From NCBI GenBank assembly GCA_035461105.1, contig DATHVV010000063.1, positions 34,010 through 98,009 of the forward strand: a stretch of DNA of 64,000 nucleotides, given 5' to 3'. The notes under the pieces are model-generated. The model worked only from the letters and a program-made list of their open reading frames with translations, did no database searches and had not been told where the DNA came from. Made by a program: the position numbers and the translations under genes. How positions within the stretch are numbered: position 1 is the first letter of the stretch; every line of letters starts with the position of its first letter. Below, one piece after another: positions 1 to 9,012 of this stretch. This DNA comes from Longimicrobiales bacterium. GTDB taxonomy: Bacteria; Gemmatimonadota; Gemmatimonadetes; Longimicrobiales; RSA9.

Positions 1-29
1 GCGCGTGACGCGCCCGCAGGGGAGACCTC

Positions 30-1136
30 GTGAAGCTCGTCATCCAGAGCGATGCCCGTATCTGGGGCGGCAACGAGAAGTGGCTGGTGCGGGTCGCGGA
101 GGGGCTGGCCGGGCGAGGCCACGATGTGCTCGTGGCCGGTCGGCGCGGCGCGCCCGTAGCGTCGGCGGTATCGAACCTGGGCATCCGCACCACGCACGCG
201 CGCCCCGGTGGCGACGGTGACATCGCGCGCGCGCTCGGCTTCGCGCGCATGCTGCGGCGCGAGGCGCCCGACGTGCTGCTGCTCACCGCCTTCAAGAAAT
301 CGTTCTGGGGTGGCTGGGCGGCGCGCCGTGCGGGCGTCCCGCGGGTGGTCGAGCGCATGGGCATCGAGCAGGGCATCCCGCCGCGCTGGAAGTACCGGTA
401 CGCGTTCCGCCACTACATCGACGCCATGATCGTGAACTCGCGCGTGATCCGTGACCGCTGGCTGGAGTCGGCGCCCTGGTATCCCGCCGACGAGGTGCAC
501 GTCGTGCTGAACGGTGTCACGCGCCCGACTGCAGACGCGAGCACGCTGCGCGCCGAGCTGGGCATCGGCGCGGACGTGCCGGTCGTGATGACGGCCGGCC
601 GACTCGAGCATCGCAAGGGCATGGACGTGCTGATCGATGCGTTCGCGCAGGCGCCGGCGAATGCACTGCTGGTGATCGCCGGCGATGGCCCCGACGAGAG
701 CGCGCTGCGGACGCGTGCCGCGCAGCGCGGCATCGCGGCCCGCGCCCGCTGGCTCGGCTTCCGCAGCGACCTGCCCGCCCTGCTCGCCGGTGCGGACGTC
801 TTCGTGCTGCCGAGTCGGCGCGAAGGCATGGCGAACGTGCTGCTCGAGGCGATGGCGGCCGGATTGCTCGTGGTCACCACCGAAGTGAGCGGCGCGCACG
901 AGGCCGTTGGCGCCGTGGCCGGGCGCCCCACGGCGGGCTGGATCGTGCCACCCGGCGCGGCTGCCGCGCTCGGGGTCGCGCTCGCGGAGGCGATCGCTGC
1001 GGCGGGCTCCGACGCGCCCGAAGTGGCGGGCATGCGTGCCGAGGTGAGCTGGCGCGTCGATCACTGGTTCTCGCCCGAGCGTATGGTGCTGGAGACGGAA
1101 CGTGTGCTGCTGGGCTCAACGGAGCGCGACGCATGA
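30..1136 (+). CDS. Glycosyltransferase family 4 (GT-B, group 1)
   Basis: 368-aa ORF starting with GTG. The N-terminus MKLVIQSD...GG.EKWL and the C-terminal E(X)7E-like region (VLPSRREGMANVLLEAMAAG) are typical of GT4 enzymes. The upstream edge is at the window boundary. Confidence 0.8.
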   Translation: MKLVIQSDARIWGGNEKWLVRVAEGLAGRGHDVLVAGRRGAPVASAVSNLGIRTTHARPGGDGDIARALGFARMLRREAPDVLLLTAFKKSFWGGWAARRAGVPRVVERMGIEQGIPPRWKYRYAFRHYIDAMIVNSRVIRDRWLESAPWYPADEVHVVLNGVTRPTADASTLRAELGIGADVPVVMTAGRLEHRKGMDVLIDAFAQAPANALLVIAGDGPDESALRTRAAQRGIAARARWLGFRSDLPALLAGADVFVLPSRREGMANVLLEAMAAGLLVVTTEVSGAHEAVGAVAGRPTAGWIVPPGAAAALGVALAEAIAAAGSDAPEVAGMRAEVSWRVDHWFSPERMVLETERVLLGSTERDA

Positions 1137-1996
1137 AGGCGCTGTTCGTTTGTGAGCGAACGGGCCTCGGCTCCGCGGAGATCCGCGGCCGCCAGGTCGC
1201 GGCTGCCCTGAACGCGGATGTCTGCCGCTTCGAGGAGCTCACGATCGAGCGGTTGCAGGCATGCGATGTGGTTGTGTACGTGAAGCGGCTGCCGCCGCGC
1301 GAGCTGCTGGTGGCAGCGCGCACCGCGGGCGTCCGCCAGCTCGCGGATCCGCTCGACAACTACCGCTGGCGGAAACTCGCGGGGGGTGCCGCTCTGCTCG
1401 ACGGCTTCATCGCGGCGAATCACACGCATGCGCTCGAGCTGGAGCGGCGCTTCGACCGGCCGGCCGTGCCGATCCCGCATCATCATTGCAACTTCGATGA
1501 CGCGCGAATCCCACCCGGCCGCGTCCCGGCCACGCTCGGCTACGTGGGTGGCCGCGACCACTGGCCGGCGACACGCCGGGCGCTGCGCGGCGTGAAGCAC
1601 CCGATCCGGCACGAGCTGCACGCAGCCAGCCTCGAGGCGCTCCGCGACGCCTACCTCCAGGTCGACGTGGGCATCGCTTTCCGGCGCGATACGTACAAGA
1701 CTCGCTTCAACTCCGCGGTGAAGCTCGTGAACTTCATGAGCTTCGGCATCCCCGCAGTGCTCTCTCCCGAAATCGGCTATCTCGAGGCGGCCCGGCACGG
1801 CGAGTCGTGCTTCTTTGCGGCCACCGCCCAGGAGCTGCGCGTGTTCGCGGACCGGCTGGCACGCGACCCGGAGCTGCGCGTGCGCATGGGCGCGGCGGCG
1901 GTCGCGGCGGCGGCGGCGTTCCACATCGACCGGGTGGCAGAGCACTACCGTCGCCTCCTCGGGACGCGGCCTGGATCGCCGGCGTCCCGGCCCTGA
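1133..1996 (+). CDS. Hypothetical protein, translationally coupled to the GT4 gene (ATGA overlap)
   Basis: 287-aa ORF with coding-like GC3 bias. Its start overlaps the upstream stop by 4 nt. I recognise no domain. Confidence 0.5.
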   Translation: MKALFVCERTGLGSAEIRGRQVAAALNADVCRFEELTIERLQACDVVVYVKRLPPRELLVAARTAGVRQLADPLDNYRWRKLAGGAALLDGFIAANHTHALELERRFDRPAVPIPHHHCNFDDARIPPGRVPATLGYVGGRDHWPATRRALRGVKHPIRHELHAASLEALRDAYLQVDVGIAFRRDTYKTRFNSAVKLVNFMSFGIPAVLSPEIGYLEAARHGESCFFAATAQELRVFADRLARDPELRVRMGAAAVAAAAAFHIDRVAEHYRRLLGTRPGSPASRP

Positions 1997-2066
1997 AGGG
2001 TGTCCGGGGCCCCGCGTCGCCTTCCTGAATCCCGGCGCAGGGCGGCGGCGTACGGGAGGGGGCCCC

Positions 2067-4541
2067 ATGAACCCGTACGGGATGATCCCCATGGACACCC
2101 TGCTTCGCGACATCCGATACGGCGTGCGCCGCCTCCAGCGCACCCCGGGCTTCACCGCCATCGCCGTGCTTTCGCTGGCGCTCGGGATCGGCGCGAACAC
2201 GGCGATCTTCAGCCTGGTCAACGCGGTGCTGCTGCGCGATCCGATTTACACCGAGCCGGAGCGGCTGGTCGAGCTGTATGGCCGCACGCCCGACTTCCCG
2301 TATTCGCCCGTCTCCTGGCCGGACCTGCGTGACCTGGACCGGGCGAGCCAGGCGCAGCTCGAGGGGTTCGCGTCCGCCCAGTTCACCATGGTCCCGCTCG
2401 ACCTGGGCGACCGCGTCGAGACGGTGGCCGTCGAGATGGTGAACGGCGACTACTTCCGCGTGCTCGGGCTCAGGCCGGCACTCGGCCGCCTGTTCTCGGC
2501 GGAGGATGATGCCGTGACCGGCGGGCACCCGCTGGTCGTGCTCTCCCACGACCACTGGCAGAAGCAGTTCGGCGGTGATCCCGGTGCGCTCGGGCGGACT
2601 TTGCGCCTGAACGGCCGCGACTACACCGTCATCGGCGTCGCGCCGCGAGGTTGGGGCGGTGTCCTGCGTGGGCTGGCGCCGGCGCTGTTCGTACCGAAGG
2701 CGATGATCAACCAGCTGCAGCCGAGCCAGGGGGATCAGCTGCAGGCGCGCAGCAATCACAGCGTGTTCGTGAAGGCACGCATGCGCGACGGCGTCGCGGT
2801 CGCGGAGGTCCGCACGGTCGCCGCGGCGTTCTCCGCCGACATGCGCCGGGAGCATCGCGCGGACTGGCCGGGCGACAGCGAGATCGTGGTGACGCCGGCC
2901 ACCGAGGTGCTGGTAAACCCGATGCTGGACCGGGTGCTCGTGCCGGCCGCGGCGCTGCTGCTGGTCGTGGTCGGCCTGGTCCTGCTGATCGCCTGCGCGA
3001 ACCTCGCCAGCTTCCTGCTGGCGCGGGCCCGCGACCGGCAGCGCGAGGTCGCGATCCGGCTGGCACTCGGCGCCGGGCGCGGCCTGCTCATCCGCCAGCT
3101 GCTGACCGAATCCGTGCTGCTCGCGCTGGCCGGCGGCCTTGCCGGCGTCGTGCTCGCGAAGCTGCTGCTCGGAGCGCTGCTGGGCGCGGACCTGCCGCTG
3201 CCCCTGCCCATCACGCTGGACCTCAGCCTCGACCCGGTAGTGCTCGGCTATGCGCTTGCGGCCGCGCTCAGCGCCGGGGCGCTGTTCGGGCTGGCTCCCG
3301 CGCTCCAGGCCACTCGCGCCGACGTGATCACGACCATCAAGAACGAGAACACGGGGGGCGGCCCGCGCCGCATGATCACGCTGCGGGGCGCCCTGGTCGT
3401 TGTCCAGGTGGCCGGTTCGCTGGTGCTGCTCGTAACCGCGGGACTGTTCCTGCGCAGCCTTACGGCGCGGCAGGCGGTGGACATCGGCTTCGGCGGTGCG
3501 CCCACGTCGCTGGTCGGCCTGGCGCTGCCGACGGATCGCTATCCCGTGGAGAAGGGCCGCGCTTTCATCGAGCGCCTGGAGGCGGACATCGCCGCGCTCC
3601 CGGGTGTCGAAGCCGTGGGTCTGACGCAGAACCTCCACCTGAACCCGCTCTCCATCCATACCACGGCGATCGGGGTCGAGGGTCACGAGCCGCCCGAAGG
3701 ACAGGTCGGCTTCAACATCGACAACGCGGTCGTGGACGCTGGCTTCTTCGCGGCGGCCGGACTGACGCTCCGCCAGGGCCGGGGCTTCACCCGGGCCGAT
3801 GTCGCGGGGGGCGAGCTGGTGGTCGTGATCAACGAGGCCCTCGCGCGCCGCTTCTGGCCGGATGGCGACGCCCTCGGCCGCACCTTCAACATGGACGGCG
3901 ACAGGGTACGCATCGTCGGCATCGCCAACACGGCCAAGATTCGCATGGTCGGCGAGGAGCCGCGGCCGTTCATCTACCGACCGTACTCGCAGCACTACAC
4001 CACCTACGGCATGCTGGTGGTGCGCGTGCGCGCCGACGCGGAGCGCTTCACCCACACGCTGCTGCAGCGCATCCGGGATGCGGATCCGGACGCGGTCATC
4101 GTCGAGAGCAATACCCTGGAGCGGCACGTCGCCGCGATGATGCTGCCCGCGCAGCTCGGCGCGATCGTGTTCGCCGGGTTCGCGTCGCTCGCCCTGACGC
4201 TCGCCCTGATCGGCATCTACGGCGTGGTCAGCTATTCCGTAGCCCGCCGCACGCGCGAGATCGGCATTCGCATGTCGCTCGGCGCGGACGCGGGACGCGT
4301 CGTGCGGCTGCTCGTGAGAGACGGGCTCGCGCTGGTCCTGGTCGGAACGCTGCTCGGGCTGGCCGTGTCGCTGGCCGCCGCCCGGCTGCTCAGCCAGTTC
4401 CTCTTCGGGATCCGGGCCTTCGACCCGGTCACCCTGGTCGCGGTGCCGCTCGCGATCGTCACCATCGGCGCGGCCGCCGCACTCGTGCCCGCCTGGCGAG
4501 CCAGCAGGATCGCACCCGCGCGCGTGCTGAGCGTCGATTGA
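2067..4541 (+). CDS. FtsX/MacB-like ABC transporter permease with duplicated permease domains (ADOP family)
   Basis: Starts [56 protein letters not shown], the conserved N-terminus of this permease family. About 825 aa with two FtsX-type four-helix modules. The longer upstream ORF extension (from 1815) is R/G-rich and looks non-coding. Confidence 0.8.
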   Translation: MNPYGMIPMDTLLRDIRYGVRRLQRTPGFTAIAVLSLALGIGANTAIFSLVNAVLLRDPIYTEPERLVELYGRTPDFPYSPVSWPDLRDLDRASQAQLEGFASAQFTMVPLDLGDRVETVAVEMVNGDYFRVLGLRPALGRLFSAEDDAVTGGHPLVVLSHDHWQKQFGGDPGALGRTLRLNGRDYTVIGVAPRGWGGVLRGLAPALFVPKAMINQLQPSQGDQLQARSNHSVFVKARMRDGVAVAEVRTVAAAFSADMRREHRADWPGDSEIVVTPATEVLVNPMLDRVLVPAAALLLVVVGLVLLIACANLASFLLARARDRQREVAIRLALGAGRGLLIRQLLTESVLLALAGGLAGVVLAKLLLGALLGADLPLPLPITLDLSLDPVVLGYALAAALSAGALFGLAPALQATRADVITTIKNENTGGGPRRMITLRGALVVVQVAGSLVLLVTAGLFLRSLTARQAVDIGFGGAPTSLVGLALPTDRYPVEKGRAFIERLEADIAALPGVEAVGLTQNLHLNPLSIHTTAIGVEGHEPPEGQVGFNIDNAVVDAGFFAAAGLTLRQGRGFTRADVAGGELVVVINEALARRFWPDGDALGRTFNMDGDRVRIVGIANTAKIRMVGEEPRPFIYRPYSQHYTTYGMLVVRVRADAERFTHTLLQRIRDADPDAVIVESNTLERHVAAMMLPAQLGAIVFAGFASLALTLALIGIYGVVSYSVARRTREIGIRMSLGADAGRVVRLLVRDGLALVLVGTLLGLAVSLAAARLLSQFLFGIRAFDPVTLVAVPLAIVTIGAAAALVPAWRASRIAPARVLSVD

Positions 4542-4628
4542 CGCAATCACGGCCTTCGCGATCCTGACCGCGGCGCGCGCGGCGCACGCGGCGCGCGCGC
4601 CGCTGGATCGCCGCGCGGCAGCGCGACG

Positions 4629-4661
4629 AAGGGGCGGCCCCGACGCGCGGGACCGCCCCTT
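4629..4661. terminator. GC-rich hairpin between convergent genes (putative bidirectional terminator)
   Basis: AAGGGGCGG-[15 nt]-CCGCCCCTT inverted repeat in the 139-nt gap between the permease (+) and the S46 peptidase (-). There is no U-tract. Confidence 0.35.
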
Positions 4662-4680
4662 CGGCCGCCCGACGTTACGG

Positions 4681-6825
4681 CTAGGGGCGTGCCGCGTCGG
4701 CCTCTGCCTCGGTCGCGTAGACCCGGTGTGTCGTCAACTCCATCACGATACGGTCCGCGTCGTAGACATCATCGAGCGCCTCCCGGATCGCGCGCACATC
4801 GACCATGATGTTACGGCCGCGCTCGGGCAGGTAGATGAAGTTGCGCGAGAGGCCGTTGATGTTCCGGTCGAAGTTGAGCCCGACGATCTCCAGGTCCTTC
4901 GTCACCGCCGGCGAGCCCGAATTACCGCCGTAGGTGTCGGCCGTGGAGATGAAGTTGAGCGGCGTGCCGAGGTCGAGCGCGGCCGGCGGCGTGCGCCAGC
5001 GTTCCGGGAGGTCCCAGTCGGTGTCGGGCCCGAACGCGTGGAAGCGGTCGTACATGCCGTAGAACGTGGTGTAGGGAGGCGCGATGGTGCCGTTGTACTC
5101 GTAGCTCCTCACCACCCCGTCGGTAATGCGGGGCGAGCCGCTGCCGTCGGGCGGCACGGCCGTGCCGTAGATCTCGAAGCGTGCCCGGCCGAGCTGCTGG
5201 GCCAGGTCCGCCTCGAGCAGCGCGGTCTGCTGCTGCCGCTGCTGCGCCTCCGCGATCACGGGAGCCGCCGCGAGCACGGTCGCCAGGGCGATGTCCGCGC
5301 CAGGAAGCGAGGACTGGTCCAGCGCGCTCGCGGTTCCGGTCGCCGTCGCGAACACGGACTGTCCGAGCCAGCGCTCGGCGGCCGCCTCGGGCGTAGCGTC
5401 GCCCAGCGCGGCACGGCGGACGGGGTGATCGGCGGGCAGCGCGCGCACGAAGTCCTGCAGGCGGGCGACCAGGAGGCGCCGCTCCAGGCCGCGCGGCAGA
5501 TCGGCCACGTCGCGCAGCTGGGTCCGCAGCGCGGCAACGGTGTCGGCGGATGCGTTCCGCCGCTGTGCGGCCTCCAGCTGTTGCGCCAGGATGGCGCGCC
5601 GCAGCACCGCCGCCTCGTGGACGCCGCCCCAGAGGCTGAACGCGCCGAGATAGCGGTCCAGCTCCCGGTTCTGCGGTTGCAGCGCGGCGATCCGCTCGAG
5701 CACGTTGCCGTACCGCTCGCGCAGCGCGGGCTTCGCGTTCACCGAGTCCCGGAACTGGCGCTCGGCATCGGCCTTCCGTGCCATGATGGCCGGGTCGTAG
5801 AGCGCATCCAGCTGCCCGACGTACTGCTTCCAGGTGTTCGACAGGCCGAAGGCGCGGTTGCGCACGTCGAGCGAGTCCGCGACGTGGCGGTCCTCGCGAA
5901 CGAAATCCCAGAGCGCATCGATGCGCGACTTCCAGGCCGGCTCCACGGCGGGCAGGAAGACCTCGCGCCGGTACTCGAGCTGGGGGATCGTGAGCAGCCG
6001 GCTGGTCGCACCCGGGTTGCCGATCACGAAGACGACGTCGTTCTCTTCGACGCCCTGCTCGCTCCAGTTGAAGTAGTGGTCGGTGCGGAGCGGCCGGCCC
6101 TCTGCGCCGTACACGCGCAGGAATCCGAAATCGAGCGCATAGCGCGGGTACGTGAAGTTGTCGGGATCGCCCCCGAAGAAGCCGAGCTGCAGCTCGGCGG
6201 CGGCCACCAGCCGGACATCGGTGTGGCGGCGGAAAGTGTAGGCCGAGTAGCGGCCGCCGTTGTAGAGCGGCACGACCTGCACGGTGATCCCGGTTTCGCC
6301 GGGGTGGCGGGCGCGGATGCGCGCCTGGATGGCCTGCGCGGCCGCGCTGCGCGCGTCGCGGCGGGAGGCCTCGTCGGTGGCCCGGTCGAGCGCCGCGAAG
6401 ACTTCGTCGCTCACGTCCTCGGCACCGATCAGCTGATCCACGTAGTAGCCCGGGATCGGCCGCTCCTCCTCCAGCGTGCGCGCATAGAAGCCGTTGTCGA
6501 GCAGGTTCTCACCCGGACGACTCAGACTGGCCACCCGCCCCCGGATGCAGTGGTGGTTCGTGACTACCAGGCCATCGGGTGACACGAACGACGCCGAGCA
6601 TCCGGGCACGCGCAGCGCCGCCATGCGCGCGCGGTCGAACCAGGCCTGGTTCGCCTCGAACCCGTACGTCTCGGTGAAGTAGCGCTCCGGAGCGTACTCG
6701 AACGTCCACATCTTGCCGTAATCGAAACGTCCCGCCCGGATCGTGTCGGTGCTGACCTGGGCCGCGGCGGGCACGGCGCCGGCGAGCAGGGGCGCGATCA
6801 GGAGCAACAGTATACGCTTGTTCAT
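4681..6825 (-). CDS. S46 family dipeptidyl-peptidase (DPP7/DPP11-like), secreted
   Basis: 714 aa with a signal peptide (MNKRILLLLIAPLLAGA). The N-terminal motif VSPDGLVVTNHHC is characteristic of S46 serine peptidases. Confidence 0.85.
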   Translation of the reverse strand: MNKRILLLLIAPLLAGAVPAAAQVSTDTIRAGRFDYGKMWTFEYAPERYFTETYGFEANQAWFDRARMAALRVPGCSASFVSPDGLVVTNHHCIRGRVASLSRPGENLLDNGFYARTLEEERPIPGYYVDQLIGAEDVSDEVFAALDRATDEASRRDARSAAAQAIQARIRARHPGETGITVQVVPLYNGGRYSAYTFRRHTDVRLVAAAELQLGFFGGDPDNFTYPRYALDFGFLRVYGAEGRPLRTDHYFNWSEQGVEENDVVFVIGNPGATSRLLTIPQLEYRREVFLPAVEPAWKSRIDALWDFVREDRHVADSLDVRNRAFGLSNTWKQYVGQLDALYDPAIMARKADAERQFRDSVNAKPALRERYGNVLERIAALQPQNRELDRYLGAFSLWGGVHEAAVLRRAILAQQLEAAQRRNASADTVAALRTQLRDVADLPRGLERRLLVARLQDFVRALPADHPVRRAALGDATPEAAAERWLGQSVFATATGTASALDQSSLPGADIALATVLAAAPVIAEAQQRQQQTALLEADLAQQLGRARFEIYGTAVPPDGSGSPRITDGVVRSYEYNGTIAPPYTTFYGMYDRFHAFGPDTDWDLPERWRTPPAALDLGTPLNFISTADTYGGNSGSPAVTKDLEIVGLNFDRNINGLSRNFIYLPERGRNIMVDVRAIREALDDVYDADRIVMELTTHRVYATEAEADAARP

Positions 6826-6921
6826 GGGTTCTTCCCGCTGGATCGGAACGGATCCTCGAAACCTAGGCGGAGGGCCATGACGGGCAAGGGCGGGACGGAG
6901 CGAAGCAGCGCGGGATCGAGC

Positions 6922-7995
6922 TCAGGCGCTCCTGCGCAGCGCGCTGATCAGCTGCTTCTTGCTCATGCTGCTGCGGCCGGGAATGTCGTGCTGCCGGGCG
7001 CGCTCGTAGAGCTCCTCCTTCGTGAGCTCCTCGAGATCGGCAGCTGCCGGCGACGTGTGCGAACGCGATCCCGAGCGGCTGCGAGCAGAGGTGCGCGGGG
7101 AGGATCGCTCGGGCGTTCCGGCCGCCTGCTTCGCGCCGCGGCGGCTCCCGCCGGCGCGCTGGGCCGCCTTGCGACCGCCGCCTCCGGCGCCCGCCATGCT
7201 GCGCTTCAGGATCTCCATCAGATCGATGACGTCGTCGCCGGCGTCCTCGTCCTCGGCGGTGACGCCGCTCGCCACGATATCCTCCCCCGCGCGCTGCTTG
7301 CGCTCGATCAGCGCGCGCAGCCGCTCGGCAGGGTGGTCGTGCAGCTCGTCCGGATCGAACTGCGGCTGCTTCAGCTTCGCGATGAGCTGCTCGAAGCGCC
7401 TGAGCGCCGCCGCCTTCAGCTTCGGCGGCTCGGGCAGGCCCAGGTCCTCGGGGCTGCGCACCTCGTCGGCGAAGCGCAGCGTCTCCGCGCGCAGGATACC
7501 GTCCTCCGCGAGGATCGCGATCAGGTACTCCTTGTCGCGCATGATGAAGGTGGCGATGCCCGCGCGGTTGGTGCGCTCCATGGTCTCGGCGAGCAGCCGA
7601 TAGGCCTTGGTGGAGTCGCCGGCGGGGGCGAGGAAGTAGGCACGGTCGAAGTACATGGGATCGATCGCGTCGCGATCCACGAACTGGCGCAGGTCGATGT
7701 CGCGCGACTTCTTCGGCTCGAGCGACTCCAGCTCCTCGTCCGTGACCACGACGTACTCGTCGTCAGCCACCTCGTAGCCGCGCACGATGTCATCGCGGTC
7801 GACACGACGCTCCGACTTCGCATCGTAGAACTCGCGGCGGAGCGGCACGCCCTCCGGGCTCAGCATGCGCAGCGGCAGCCGGACCGAGCGCGTCGCGGGC
7901 AGCAGCGCGACCGGGACGCTGACCAGCCCGAAGGTGAGCGTGCCCGACCAGAAGGATCGGGCGCGCAGCTCTTCCTGCAGCTCGTCGTCAGGCAA
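6922..7995 (-). CDS. ku: Ku protein (NHEJ DNA end-binding) with Arg/Ser-rich linker and C-terminal HeH/SAP-like tail
   Basis: N-terminus FWSGTLTFGLVSVPVAL and the core ...YFDRAYFLAP...AY.LL match bacterial Ku. A probable TTG start overlaps the upstream Ku stop by 8 nt. The C-terminal 40 aa (LEELTKEELYERARQHDIPGRSSMSKKQLISALRR) resemble a Rho-N/SAP helix-extension-helix motif. Confidence 0.85.
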   Translation of the reverse strand: MPDDELQEELRARSFWSGTLTFGLVSVPVALLPATRSVRLPLRMLSPEGVPLRREFYDAKSERRVDRDDIVRGYEVADDEYVVVTDEELESLEPKKSRDIDLRQFVDRDAIDPMYFDRAYFLAPAGDSTKAYRLLAETMERTNRAGIATFIMRDKEYLIAILAEDGILRAETLRFADEVRSPEDLGLPEPPKLKAAALRRFEQLIAKLKQPQFDPDELHDHPAERLRALIERKQRAGEDIVASGVTAEDEDAGDDVIDLMEILKRSMAGAGGGGRKAAQRAGGSRRGAKQAAGTPERSSPRTSARSRSGSRSHTSPAAADLEELTKEELYERARQHDIPGRSSMSKKQLISALRRSA

Positions 7996-8767
7996 CTCTG
8001 CGCTCCCTGGCGTGCTTGACGCTCGCCTTCAGCAGCTCGCCCAGCGAATCCGTGGCGGCCTTCGGCTCGAATTTCTTCAGCTCGATCCGGCCGCCCTTCG
8101 CCTTGGTGCGTACCAGCTCCTCGACGCGCTCGCGATACTCGTCGTGGAACGCCGCCAGGTCGAACTCGGCCTCGAGCGCCGCGACCAGCTGGCGCGCCAT
8201 CGCGATCTCGCGCTCATCCGGCTTGCGCCCGGCCGGCCGCGGCAGCGCGCTGGCCGGGACTACCTCGCCGGCATGGCGCAGTGTGATCAGCAGCAGGTAG
8301 GCGCCGTGCGTGAGCAGGGCGCCCGCGTACTCCTTCTTGCGCATCACCCAGGACACGATCCCGATCCGGTCCTGCTTCGCGAGCGCCCGGGCGAGCGCGA
8401 AGTACGCTTCCTCCTCGCCATCCGGACCCAGATAGTAGGGCCGGTCGAACCATGCGTGAGGCACGGCCGTGCGCGGCACGAAGCGCGCTACGGTCACGTC
8501 GCGTGACGGCTTTGGCTCGAGCGACTCCAGCTCCTGCTCGTCGAGCACGACGAACACGCCCGGCTCGGTCTCGTAACCCTTGATGATCTCGGCGGTCTCG
8601 ACCTCGCGCTCCGCCTCGGGATCGACCATGCGCTGCCGGATGGGGGCCCGGCTGCGCTGCTGCAGCATGCGGAAGCGCACCGCGCGCTCCTGCACCGCGG
8701 CGTACAGCTTCACCGGGATGGCTTCCTCACCCAGCTGCAGCACTCCCTTCCACATCGCACGAGCCAT
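7988..8767 (-). CDS. ku: Ku protein (second paralog, minimal form)
   Basis: True start is the internal Met (MARAMWKGVLQLGEEAIPVKLYAAV), a typical Ku N-terminus, with core WFDRPYYLGP and conserved YFALARALAK. The R-rich N-terminal 59 aa of the longer ORF is judged spurious. The ATG overlaps the stop of the upstream zinc-ribbon ORF (TGATG). Confidence 0.85.
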   Translation of the reverse strand: MARAMWKGVLQLGEEAIPVKLYAAVQERAVRFRMLQQRSRAPIRQRMVDPEAEREVETAEIIKGYETEPGVFVVLDEQELESLEPKPSRDVTVARFVPRTAVPHAWFDRPYYLGPDGEEEAYFALARALAKQDRIGIVSWVMRKKEYAGALLTHGAYLLLITLRHAGEVVPASALPRPAGRKPDEREIAMARQLVAALEAEFDLAAFHDEYRERVEELVRTKAKGGRIELKKFEPKAATDSLGELLKASVKHARERRVA

Positions 8768-8973
8768 CAGCGCCTCCGCTTCCTGCCGGGCCCGCAGCCG
8801 GGGCAGTACACCCGCCCGGTGCGCTTCACCCGCACCACGCAGTACGGACAGATCGGGGCGTCGCAGTCGACGCAGCGATACTCGGCCTCGTAGGCATAGG
8901 ACTGAAGGCAGACGTGACACTGTTCCGTGCCGCCGTCGAGCCACCAGATCCTGCGCACCGCGCCGCCGGCCAT
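8767..8973 (-). CDS. Small double zinc-ribbon protein (4x CxxC), translationally coupled to Ku
   Basis: 68 aa with CHVC, CVDC, CPYC and CPGC motifs and a basic C-terminus. Codon third-position GC is coding-like. Its stop overlaps the Ku start by 1 nt. Confidence 0.45.
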   Translation of the reverse strand: MAGGAVRRIWWLDGGTEQCHVCLQSYAYEAEYRCVDCDAPICPYCVVRVKRTGRVYCPGCGPGRKRRR

Positions 8974-9012
8974 GCCCCCGGACGGGGCAAGATCCTTGCC
9001 CGCGCCGCGGCC

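Noticed and set aside
1734-4550. 938-aa minus-strand ORF antisense to the permease gene
   Set aside because: Its composition is extreme (R/G/D/E/H-rich) and it lacks hydrophobic segments. It is antisense to a well-supported FtsX/MacB permease. It is the usual long antisense open frame of a 70% GC genome.
7988-8944. Longer 318-aa form of the second Ku gene
   Set aside because: The first 59 residues are Arg/Leu-rich and overlap the zinc-ribbon ORF in another frame. Ku homology begins exactly at the internal Met (MARAMWKG...), so the short form was called.
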